A stretch of DNA of 64,000 nucleotides from Bacillota bacterium (GTDB lineage: Bacteria > Bacillota > Sulfobacillia > RBS10-35 > JAJYVN01), in assembly GCA_021803205.1 (NCBI GenBank), contig JAJZMB010000020.1, positions 87,912 through 151,911 on the forward strand, written 5' to 3'. The notes under the pieces are model-generated. The model was not told where the DNA came from and ran no database searches. It saw nothing but the letters and a program-made list of their open reading frames with translations. Shown here piece after piece: positions 19,170 to 27,894 of this stretch; position 1 is the stretch's first letter, and each line of letters begins with the position of its first letter. A program made the translations under genes and the position numbers.

Positions 19170-20531
19170 CTACATCTCCTCAACAGGCAACCCCGTCATG
19201 GCCGCCAAGTCCCGGAGTTCCTGCCGCACATCCCCGTAGACCAGGGCGTAGTGGGGCTCCCAACCGGCTTCCAGCAGGCGGCGCACCTGCTCGTCCACGG
19301 GTGCGCCACCATCCAGGCGGACCGTGGCGGCTGTGCCCAGAAACCGTTGCGGCGCGTCCAGGGCCTCGCCGCCGCCGACCAGCAGGCGCAGACCCGCGGG
19401 CGTCTCGCCGATGCGGGCAATGGTCACCCGGCCCGGCTTCAGGGCGAACTCCAGTGTGAAACCGATCCTCCGGTTGGGCTGCACACCGGCGACCGGCCCG
19501 GTGCGGGGCGAGGCCAGACTGAAGGCCCCCGCGCCGCAATGCCAGAACACCACCGCTCCACGCTCGGCGTCCACCGCAGCCAGATCCCCAAGGTAGGGCG
19601 ACCCGCCCGCCAAGCGGGCCAGGACGGTCATCGTCAGCGCGCCCAGCACGTCGGCCTCGCACGAGGCCGCAATCCCCCGCTCGCAGAGAGCGCTGACGAA
19701 GGAGCAGGCGGCGGCGCCGAAGTCCGTGAAGAACTCCGGCCAGCAGCGGACCGCCACCGCGGAAGCCCCACGCGCCGCCAGTTCGCCCTCGACCACCGCC
19801 TGCAGCCGGGCGAACTTCTCCACCTGCTCCGCGGGGAGCCGATCCAATCCCGCCACCGACCGCCGGGCGTCTGCGGCCCGCGACGCCCATGCCTGCCGCG
19901 GGAGTGCCGACGCCTGCGCAAACAGACGGTCCAGATCCAGTTGGACAAGGGATGCCCCGGCGGCGCGCAGGCTTGTGGGCGCCGGAGCGCTGAAGAAGAA
20001 GCCGTCGGGGGCGCCCCCGAGGACCAGTACGCGGAAGCCGTCGAGCTGCCGGCGGACCGCCGCCGCACGCCCGAGCGCCACCACGCGCCGTCCGATGCCC
20101 TCCTCCTCCGGGTCGCCGAGCACGACGCGGAAAAAGCGGCCCTGCCCGTGCAATTGCCGCGCCGCGAGGTTGGCGCCGGTCAGGGAGTTGAGACTGAGCC
20201 TCTCCCCCACGGCGCCGGGCTCGCGCAGCGACCACAGCAGCAAGGGCAGGTCCGTCCCCTCGGCGACGCCGGCGATGAAGCGCGCGTCGACGAAGGTGGT
20301 GAACTGGCAGACCAACAGGTCCGCACCGGCCTCTGCCGCCGTTCGGGCGAAGTCCCTGGCCGCCGCCGGCTCAGTGAGCAGCTCGGATGCGGCCGCAAGG
20401 TCCACGGGCAGGGCCCGGAGCGCGGCGCGGCTGCGGTGGAGCATCGTTCGGGCCTGGTCCAGATCGAAGGTAGCCCGGCCGAAGGCGGCCAGTGCCACGC
20501 GCGGTCGGATGGGTGCGACGGCGTCGCTCAA
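19170..20531 (-). CDS. L-fucose/L-arabinose isomerase-family protein (COG2407-like)
   Basis: 454 aa. TTG start lies 7 nt after GGAAAGGGG. ...CWPEFFTDFGAAACSFVSALCERGIAASCEADVLGALTM... is typical of the family. Confidence 0.7.
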   Translation of the reverse strand: MSDAVAPIRPRVALAAFGRATFDLDQARTMLHRSRAALRALPVDLAAASELLTEPAAARDFARTAAEAGADLLVCQFTTFVDARFIAGVAEGTDLPLLLWSLREPGAVGERLSLNSLTGANLAARQLHGQGRFFRVVLGDPEEEGIGRRVVALGRAAAVRRQLDGFRVLVLGGAPDGFFFSAPAPTSLRAAGASLVQLDLDRLFAQASALPRQAWASRAADARRSVAGLDRLPAEQVEKFARLQAVVEGELAARGASAVAVRCWPEFFTDFGAAACSFVSALCERGIAASCEADVLGALTMTVLARLAGGSPYLGDLAAVDAERGAVVFWHCGAGAFSLASPRTGPVAGVQPNRRIGFTLEFALKPGRVTIARIGETPAGLRLLVGGGEALDAPQRFLGTAATVRLDGGAPVDEQVRRLLEAGWEPHYALVYGDVRQELRDLAAMTGLPVEEM

Positions 20532-20567
20532 CGCGAATCCCCTTTCCAAGTCGGCTCGGGCGGGGCT

Positions 20568-20668
20568 GCAAAAGTCGGTCTCCGCACCGGCCGTGAATCT
20601 TCGACCGTTGGGGGACAAGGGATATCGGAGCAGTGCCTCGCAAAAAGCGGACTTTTGCCGCGGCCACC
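20568..20668 (+). repeat. structured intergenic repeat, copy B
   Basis: GCAAAAGTCGGTCTCCGCACCGGCCGTGAA...CCGTTGGGGGACAAGGG...GAGCAGTGCCTCGCAAAAAGCGGACTTTTGCCGCGGCCACC. It lies 37 nt from the TTG start of the FucI-like gene, on the opposite strand sense. Confidence 0.65.
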
Positions 20669-21171
20669 CAGTACTGTCCTCCGCACTGGTGGCAATGGGC
20701 GAAGGAGACGGTCCGAAACATCGGCTCAGCGGTCGGAGAGGCGGCCCCAAAGGTCGTGAACGTACGTGCATGACCGGTTCGCCGCTTCATGAGTGCCCAC
20801 CCCGGCCCAGGCCTGGCCAGTCCGGAGGACAGTACTAGGGCGGGGCGCTCCGACCGGAGACGGCGGCGGGACGTTCGGCCAAGGCAGTCTTACCGGATGC
20901 CGTGACCCCGGTGATCGCCCCCAGGACCGCGGCCGGGAGGCGCGCCGGAATGGATTCCGCCACAGGCCGGTAGTGCGCCGCCCTACCCCACGGTCCCTGC
21001 CGGCGCGGGTCAGGGGAGGCACCCGCGGACACGGGCAAGCTGCCGGGGAACCGCGGGGATTGCGCCGTTCCCAGGCCGCCGCCTGGGGGAGCGCCCGCCT
21101 TGCGCAGTCCGGGGGGGGCGGGGCCGGAGCCGGGCAAGGGCGCAGAGAACAGATATTCGCCATCCCTCGCC

Positions 21172-22560
21172 TCAGTCGTTCGGGTCGCCCCAGGTTCCCC
21201 CACCGCAGGGCTCCGGCATCGCGGCGCCGATCTCCGCCGCCGGAACGGGTTTGGGGGACGTCTCCCCGATATCTCCCACCCTCGCGGGGGCGTGCATCAA
21301 GATCGTGACCGCTTCCGCCCAGGGAGCGGCCCGCTCGACATCCGGGGCCTCCACGCCGGGACCGGGGAAGGGGCAGGTGCCCGTACCCTGCAGTACCACC
21401 GGTCCCGGGATACCGGCCGCGGTCATGGGGGCAATGACCACGTTGGCGGAGGTGAGCGGCCCGCAGGAGGCGCACAGCAAGGCGAACGTCCAAAGATCGG
21501 AGCGCGCCGCGACACAGTTGGTCATGGGTGTATCGGCCGAGCCGTTGATGCCGATCCCGTACTGCGTGAACTGGACTCCGTACGCCGACGGGTCGGGCAG
21601 CAGCGCCGCGCCGATCCACTGTGCGGCAAAGGAATCCGGTCCGGTCTGCGGACCGTTGTGGATGAAGAATACGCCACCGCGCGTGGTGTCGCTGGAAGCG
21701 GACGTCGGTCCGAGCGTGAAGCAGCAGTTGACCTGCCCGGGTGGGGGGGCGGGTATGACGGGGATCGGCAGCGGGAGGGGCGCGTTCACCAGGTTGTGCC
21801 GGCCAAGGGCGTAGTATGTCGCCTGCCCGACCACCCCGTCGCCCGTGAGGCCGTTGGCCAACTGGAAGGCGATGACCGCGGCCCGCGTCGCGGCGTCGTA
21901 ATAACCGTGGATCCGCCCGTCATACAAGCCCAGCTTCTGCAGCAGCAGTTGCGCAAAGACCACATCGAAACCGTTGCGTCCGGTGAACATGCCGCGACCG
22001 CCGGCGTAGCTGTAGATCCAGGTGGCATCCAGGGTTTCGGTGCCGACACTGCCCGTGAGCGGGACGCCGAAGTCGCCGTTGGCGTTGGCGTCCGTCTGCA
22101 ACTGCGCGACGGCGGCGGCGGTCTTCGGACCGAAGACCCCGTCAGCGGCTGCCCCCGTCTGGAGGCTGTAGCGGAAGAGGTTGATGCGGTTTTGCAACAC
22201 GGTCACATCGCCGCCGGTCACGCCGCTGCCGAGGCTGCGGCTGCCATAGGCGGGTCCGCCGTAGGTCACGTGCCCGCCGACGCCTTGGCCGAAGAGGAAA
22301 TAGGTGTTCGGACCCGCCACTCCGTCCACGGCGATGCCGAAGTATGCCTGGATGTTCTTCACGGCCTGGACCGTAGCGGCGTCGTACACACCGGTCGCCG
22401 GCACCGAGGCCCCGATCGGGCCCTGTGGTGGGTTCATGACCTGCAGCATTTCGTTGAAGACCAACTGCAGCACCGCAATGTCGGTACCCGTCTCGCCCCC
22501 GAAGAGCGTCCGGCTGCCAAACGCCACGTACGGCGGAAACGTCTGCTCCAAAAGCGCCAT
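21172..22560 (-). CDS. protein with three peptidoglycan-binding (PG_binding_1) repeats and a Cys-rich C-terminal domain of unknown family
   Basis: ATG lies 6 nt after GGGGAGGGA. There are three repeats of G.D[IV]..LQ....DG..G..T..AV..[IF]Q. The C-terminal ~190 aa begin ...QVNCCFTLGPTS... and have no family I recognise. Confidence 0.75.
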   Translation of the reverse strand: MALLEQTFPPYVAFGSRTLFGGETGTDIAVLQLVFNEMLQVMNPPQGPIGASVPATGVYDAATVQAVKNIQAYFGIAVDGVAGPNTYFLFGQGVGGHVTYGGPAYGSRSLGSGVTGGDVTVLQNRINLFRYSLQTGAAADGVFGPKTAAAVAQLQTDANANGDFGVPLTGSVGTETLDATWIYSYAGGRGMFTGRNGFDVVFAQLLLQKLGLYDGRIHGYYDAATRAAVIAFQLANGLTGDGVVGQATYYALGRHNLVNAPLPLPIPVIPAPPPGQVNCCFTLGPTSASSDTTRGGVFFIHNGPQTGPDSFAAQWIGAALLPDPSAYGVQFTQYGIGINGSADTPMTNCVAARSDLWTFALLCASCGPLTSANVVIAPMTAAGIPGPVVLQGTGTCPFPGPGVEAPDVERAAPWAEAVTILMHAPARVGDIGETSPKPVPAAEIGAAMPEPCGGGTWGDPND

Positions 22561-23205
22561 ACCGCGTCCCTCCCCGCTCCGTGCGGGCAGGATACGCGGC
22601 CGCGGACGGGACAGTGCCTGTCCGCCATGGAACGAGCGCTCACCGCACTCGGACAAAAGCGCGCCGCCCGGGGAATTACCTCCCCGGGCGGCGATGGTCG
22701 CTGCGGTATACCGCTGCTGACCGGCCGCTGCACCAGCGGCCATCTTCCGCCCCTCGGGAACCGGGGCCAGACCACCGGATCCGTTTCCCGCTGCATCCCT
22801 GCGGCTCGCCGCCGACTGGGCGCAACCTCCGGGCGACTCCGGCAGAATCCGTATCCCGCGTGCCCAACCGGCGGCCTACACGCCCGGCGGCGTCTCCTCC
22901 CCCGCGGCGTCGGCCAGAACTCGATGCCCTGCCGCGGCGGCGCGCCGCACCCTCATGACATCGCCCCCCCCACCGGCCACCTCGGACTCGGACTCTGCTT
23001 TGCCTGCCCTCTTTTTCTGACCCAAGTGTATCACCGCGCAGGATGTACACATTCCCAGAATAGGGCCACCCGCCATCCCTCCACGCCCAGACGGCGCGCC
23101 CCGAACGCCGCACTCCCTCGGACGCATCGTTTCGCCCGCCAGCTCATCCGCCCGCGGCCGACGCCAACGCAGCCCGGATGCACCCACAGGACGCGGCCAC
23201 TCCCC

Positions 23206-24012
23206 TCAACCGCGCAACCCCTCCGCTCGCCGGTGGGCCATCGTCTCGGTCGCATCGTCCAGGGGGCGCATCGCCGCGCCGGCCGCCCTGGCCCCGTACC
23301 GCCGCTCCACCGCGCCCCGCAGGAGGAAGTCCGCCAGCGCCGGGTTCTTGGGGAGCACCGAGCCGTGCAGGTAGGTGCCCACACACCGCCGATACAGGGC
23401 CCCCTCCCCTCCATCGCGCCCGTTGTTGCCGCCGCCCTGCCCCCGCCGCACCCTCCCCAGGGGTCGGCAGCCCGGACCAAGGAACGTCTGGCCGCTGTGA
23501 TTCTCAAACCCCACCAGGGTCCCGAACCCCTGCGCATCGAGCACCACGTTGCCGATCATCCGCCGCCGCCCGGCAACGGTGTGGGCGTCGAGGACACCCG
23601 CCCCTGGGAGTTGCTCCCCCACCGCCGGCCGGTAATACGCACCGAGCAACTGGTAGCCGCCGCACACCCCGAGAACCGGCAGGCCACCCTCCACCGCGGC
23701 CCGCAGATCCTCCGCGCGGCGTGCCAGGTCCTGTGCCGCCAGTGCCTGCTTCCGGTCCTCGCCGCCGCCGATGCAGACCAGGTCGACGGTACCCCAGTCC
23801 ACCGCCTCGCCCACGCTGGCCAGGCGCACTGTGAGGTCGATCCCGCGCCAGCCGGCGCGGCGCACCAGCGCCAGCACATTGCCCCGGTCGCCATAGATGT
23901 TGAGGAGGTCGGGATAGAGGTGCAGGAGGGTCAGGCGCACGGCGGCAAGCCCCGCGCCCACCGCAGCGGCCTCCGCCTGGGGATTTCGAGCCGCGACAAC
24001 TGTCGCGGCCAT
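23206..24012 (-). CDS. gatD: lipid II isoglutaminyl synthase, glutaminase subunit (GatD, CobQ-type GATase)
   Basis: LLHLYPDLLNIYGDRGN...LGVCGGYQLLG...GFENHSG...GTYLHG, immediately downstream of murT. The start is ambiguous (24012, 24075 or GTG 23940). Confidence 0.8.
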   Translation of the reverse strand: MAATVVAARNPQAEAAAVGAGLAAVRLTLLHLYPDLLNIYGDRGNVLALVRRAGWRGIDLTVRLASVGEAVDWGTVDLVCIGGGEDRKQALAAQDLARRAEDLRAAVEGGLPVLGVCGGYQLLGAYYRPAVGEQLPGAGVLDAHTVAGRRRMIGNVVLDAQGFGTLVGFENHSGQTFLGPGCRPLGRVRRGQGGGNNGRDGGEGALYRRCVGTYLHGSVLPKNPALADFLLRGAVERRYGARAAGAAMRPLDDATETMAHRRAEGLRG

Positions 24013-24158
24013 TTGGGCCTCTGCCCGTGCGGCCTGCCCGCCGTCCACCCCTGCAGGCGACCCGCACCCCTTCATGGCCAATGCCTCCACGTTCCCCCAC
24101 CGCCGCCCTCTCCGTTGTGGGACCCGGGGCATGCCGGCCGGGGCGACAACCCCAGGCG

Positions 24159-25643
24159 TCACACCTCCCAGAACGGCTGCAGCCGCCCCTGGCGCACCAG
24201 CACCGCGCGCGCCTCCAACATGGCGCTGTATGTCGGCAGGATGTACACGCCCGACCCCGGCGCCGCCGCCCGCGCCGCCGCCGCCATAGCCGCCTCGGGT
24301 TCGGAGTGCACGGCCAGGCGCTTGGGCGCCACCCCGGCGTACTTGAGCCTCAGGGCCATGTCGGCCGCGCGGCGCCCGCCGGCGACAACGGCGGCAAAGC
24401 CCTCCTGCGCCGCGGCCAGGGCCTCGAAGTCCGCGTCCCAGATCCAGGAGACGTCGGTGCCGTCCGCATAGCGGTCGTTGAGGAGCAGCACCAGCGCCTT
24501 GCCGGGGACGGGGTCCGCACTCGCCGTGCGCAGCACCATGCTGCAGCCGGCCGGGTTCTTGACCAGGGCGAGGCAGGCCGGGTGGCCAGCCAGCTCCAGC
24601 CACTCCATGCGACCGAAGGCGTGGCGGAAAGCGCCCATCGCCCCGGCGACGTCGGCGGCGTCCGTGCCCAGCGCGAGCGCGGCGGCTGCGGCCGCCGCCG
24701 CGTTATAGACGTTGTAGAGGCCGGGGAGCGCCAGTGGAAAGGCGATCGTCCCGGCAGGGATGCGCAGGGTCACCTCGCCCGGCCGACCGGCCGCGCCGGG
24801 GGCCCAGCCGGTCGCCAGCACATCCGGCCGCGGGCGGGAGAAGCCGCAGCCGCCGCAGCGGTAGACGCCCAGATGGGCGTAGTAGCGAGGGCCATAGAGC
24901 AGCAGGGCGCCACAGCGGGGACAGCGGGGGGCGTCCGACGGACCGGCCCCGACCTCCCCGGCCGGCAGGACCGCGGGGTCGAGGCCGAAGTACACCTGCC
25001 GCAGGTGGTCGCGGCCGCCGATGGAGGCGGCCAGCGGGTCGTCGGCATTGACCACAGCGCGGGCACCGGCCGGCAGGGCGGCCAGGCCGCGGCCGACGAG
25101 GGCCACCGCCGTCTCCAGTTCGCCGTAGCGGTCGAGTTGGTCGCGGAAGAAGTTGGTGACCAGGGCCAGGCGTGGCCGGAGTTCGCGGCCGGCGAAGGGC
25201 ATGGTCGCCTCATCGACCTCCAGCAGGGCGGCATCGGCGCCGCGCCCGACCCCGAGGAGCAGGGCGGTGGTGATGCCGGTGCGCAGGTTGGCGCCGCCGC
25301 GGTTATGGGCTAATCGCCAGCCGCGGCGGGCGAGGATGGCAGCCAGCATGGCGGAGGTCGTGGTCTTGCCGTTGGTGCCGCTGATGACACAGGCGCCGTG
25401 CGGCAAGCGCGAGGCGAGGCGGCCGGGCAGACGGGGGTCGAGCCGCAGGGCGACGCGGCCGGGCAGGGTGGTGGCGCCGCGGCCGAAGCGGCGCAGGACC
25501 ACGGCGGTGAGGCGCCCGGCGACGAGGGCGAGGGCAGAGCGGCCGGGCAGGCGGGCACCGCCCGCCCGGCCGCTCCGCCGATCCGGTCCGGCGCAACCCT
25601 CCCGGTTCTGCGGATCCGGAGCGGCGCCGGCACCGGTAGGCAT
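24159..25643 (-). CDS. murT: lipid II isoglutaminyl synthase, Mur-ligase subunit (MurT)
   Basis: ISGTNGKTTTSAMLAAIL, ...ALVTNFFRDQLDRYGE..., Cys4 ribbon CPRCG...YRCGGCG and a C-terminal DUF1727-like region. Confidence 0.85.
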   Translation of the reverse strand: MPTGAGAAPDPQNREGCAGPDRRSGRAGGARLPGRSALALVAGRLTAVVLRRFGRGATTLPGRVALRLDPRLPGRLASRLPHGACVISGTNGKTTTSAMLAAILARRGWRLAHNRGGANLRTGITTALLLGVGRGADAALLEVDEATMPFAGRELRPRLALVTNFFRDQLDRYGELETAVALVGRGLAALPAGARAVVNADDPLAASIGGRDHLRQVYFGLDPAVLPAGEVGAGPSDAPRCPRCGALLLYGPRYYAHLGVYRCGGCGFSRPRPDVLATGWAPGAAGRPGEVTLRIPAGTIAFPLALPGLYNVYNAAAAAAAALALGTDAADVAGAMGAFRHAFGRMEWLELAGHPACLALVKNPAGCSMVLRTASADPVPGKALVLLLNDRYADGTDVSWIWDADFEALAAAQEGFAAVVAGGRRAADMALRLKYAGVAPKRLAVHSEPEAAMAAAARAAAPGSGVYILPTYSAMLEARAVLVRQGRLQPFWEV

Positions 25644-25656
25644 GGATGGGATTATA
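25644..25656 (-). promoter_or_regulatory. candidate -10 box (TATAAT) placed for a leaderless murT mRNA
   Basis: The minus strand reads gcgcTATAATcccatccATG. The hexamer ends 7 nt before the murT ATG and no SD is present. I see no convincing -35. Confidence 0.35.
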
Positions 25657-26235
25657 GCGCGGCGCGGGGGGGCAGGGCGGGACAGTGGGAGGGGGAAGGG
25701 CCCGCGGGACGACAAGAGCATGTGTTACTCATTTTGCTACCTCTTCCTCGTGAGCAGGATGGACGGGCGGCGGCGGACAGCCCAGCGTGAGGCGGGGCTG
25801 CGCACGGCTGAGGGAGCTCGCCTCCCAGGCGTGCACAACCCCCAGCTGGCGGAGCCGGCCTGGGATTATGCATGGTGCGAGAAGCGCAAGGCCCGAAGAA
25901 CTTGGGCCGGGCTCATCGGCCGCTGGCCCTGACCCGGGGTTGGCCGCAGGCGTACGGGCCGCGGGCGGAAAGCGCGCGGGCCGTCCACTGCGCGCGGCCC
26001 TGGGCGGCCACCCAATTCAAGGCGCTCCTGACGGACATGGACCCGACTATGCGCAACTCAGCGTGCCGCTGCCGTGGGTGCCCTACGGCCTCGGCCTGGC
26101 GGAGATGGCCGCCCTCGGCAGCGGCATGGTCCTGGCCAAAGGGGAGGACACGTCCCGCCGCGCCACCTGCGGCGGGGGCAGAACGCGACCGATCCGACGG
26201 TCGGGCGGGAACACCATACCGGGCCGTCGCATCGC

Positions 26236-27447
26236 TCAGCCGGCGGCCGTGGGCGGTGCAGCGGTGGGCGCAGCGGCACCGCCGGTGACGTGCGTCCCGG
26301 TGGATTTGGCCCTGGGCGCCAGCGTCGCCGTCACCTGCTGCTCCAGGGCGGCGGGGGCCAGCCAGCCGTCGTGGCTCCAGCGGACCCTGCCACCGCTCAC
26401 CAGCACAAGCCACGGGATATCGGCCACCCCGTAGGCATCGGCGACACGCCCGTTCGGGTCGACGGCGACCGGATAGCGCAGCGTGCCCTGCGCGACGGGC
26501 GCCAGGGCCAGCGCCGCGGCGAGCGAGGGCTCGGTGGGCTGCACGTCCACGGCGAGCAACGCCGGGAGGTGGCGCGCGCCCGCCGCCTGCGAATAGGCGT
26601 TGAGGGCCTGCAACTGCTCGGCCGCGCCGGACGCCCAGCTGTCGAAAAAGACCACCAGGTGCGGCGACGACGGTCCGAGGACGACGGGCGACCCGCCCGG
26701 TGCCAGCGCCGGGAGGCGGACGGTGTCTGCCGGGGAGGCCACGGGCGCGCCCAGCGCCAGGTTCGGCTTGGCCACCTGCGGATGCCCGGGCAGAACCGCC
26801 GAGATCGCCTGCGCCAGGGCGCCGGCCTCCAGGCCCGTGACCCCGTAGTCGGAACTGGTCAGAAAGAGGCGCGACTCCCCGCCCTGCGGATCGATGACGT
26901 AGACGGCCGGCGTGTGATCGATGTTGCCCTGAAGGATCTGGACGTCCACGCCGTACGCCTTCCACACCTGCCGCAGTTGCGGCAGGCTTCCGGTCAGGAA
27001 GAGCCAACGGTTCTCCATGCCGTGCGCCTGCGAGTAGGCCGCCACGTCGGCAACCGATGTGTGCTGCGGATTGGCGTTGATACCGACCAGTTGGACCTGG
27101 GAGGCCGCCGGCCCCAGCAGGTCGAGGGCCTCGACCATGGTCGCGCCGGTCAGGGGGCAGATGGTGGTGCACTCGTCGTCGTCGAAGGAGACCACCACCG
27201 CCCGGCCCTTGAACTGCGACAGCGAGACCGCCTTGCCGAACTGATCGGTGAGAGTGAAGTTCGGGGCGGGCCTGCCGCCCAACGGCGTGCCGGGGTCCAG
27301 AGACGCCAGTTCGCCTGAGGTGTAGGCGGAGGCGGGCGCGGTCGGCGTGCCGTGCGCACCGCACCCGGCCAGCAACAGACTCCCGATCGCGGCCGCGGCG
27401 GATGCGCCGCGGCGGGCATTGCTCAGTGACGCCGGCACAGGAGACAC
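26236..27447 (-). CDS. SCO1/SenC-like thioredoxin-fold lipoprotein with a second Cys-less Trx-like domain
   Basis: Lipobox LLLAGCG. SCO1 block FKGRAVVVSFDDDECTTICPLT...AVYVIDPQG. The second domain reads HLVVFFDSWASGAAEQ...ADIPWLVLV. The start is approximate. Confidence 0.75.
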   Translation of the reverse strand: MSPVPASLSNARRGASAAAAIGSLLLAGCGAHGTPTAPASAYTSGELASLDPGTPLGGRPAPNFTLTDQFGKAVSLSQFKGRAVVVSFDDDECTTICPLTGATMVEALDLLGPAASQVQLVGINANPQHTSVADVAAYSQAHGMENRWLFLTGSLPQLRQVWKAYGVDVQILQGNIDHTPAVYVIDPQGGESRLFLTSSDYGVTGLEAGALAQAISAVLPGHPQVAKPNLALGAPVASPADTVRLPALAPGGSPVVLGPSSPHLVVFFDSWASGAAEQLQALNAYSQAAGARHLPALLAVDVQPTEPSLAAALALAPVAQGTLRYPVAVDPNGRVADAYGVADIPWLVLVSGGRVRWSHDGWLAPAALEQQVTATLAPRAKSTGTHVTGGAAAPTAAPPTAAG

Positions 27448-27894
27448 GACAGCCGCCCCCCCCGATATCCGCTTGCGCGGCTGATGCTTCCCTGGCACGG
27501 ACCCGCGCACGCGGCGGCTCCGCCCGCGCCGACAGGTCGCGACCCCGCCCACCGTACCACAGGCCCGCGTACCGAGGCACGGGGCGCCCCGGTCATCCCT
27601 GCCGGCCTTCGACGCCGAGCGGCTATTCTCCTGACGTCATGCCCACGGGCCTGGCTCGGTACGCATTTCCGTCTCTTTGAAAAGCAAATCCTCGGGGTGC
27701 GGTGAGTCTGGGTCGGAGCCCTATCATTGCAACACCTCGGCGACCGCGCTGCGTCAATCCCCCTTTCCCTGGCGGCCCGCCGTCGCGCATGTAGCGCACG
27801 GCAGGCCGGGCGCATAGCGAGATGACTACAACCGCGGCCCGGCGGGCGGGCGTACCGTGCCGTGCCGTCTCCGCGACCCTGGGGGGGCCGCTCC

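Noticed and set aside
21100-24471. Very long ORFs such as 21100-24471 (+, 1123 aa), 56177-59380 (+, 1067 aa), 51702-54287 (+, 861 aa), 7795-9675 (-, 626 aa) and 25913-27580 (-, 555 aa)
   Set aside because: They lie antisense to or out of frame with genes that have clear homology. They are dominated by Arg/Pro/Gly/Ala runs and lack SD-linked starts. These are typical shadow ORFs of a high-GC genome.
25728-25940. 70-codon ORF (MCYSFCYLFLVSRMDGRRRTAQ...WAGLIGRWP) divergent from murT
   Set aside because: It has no SD and no recognisable domain, its composition is only marginally coding-like, and it starts inside the AT-rich promoter-like patch. It is more likely promoter or UTR sequence.
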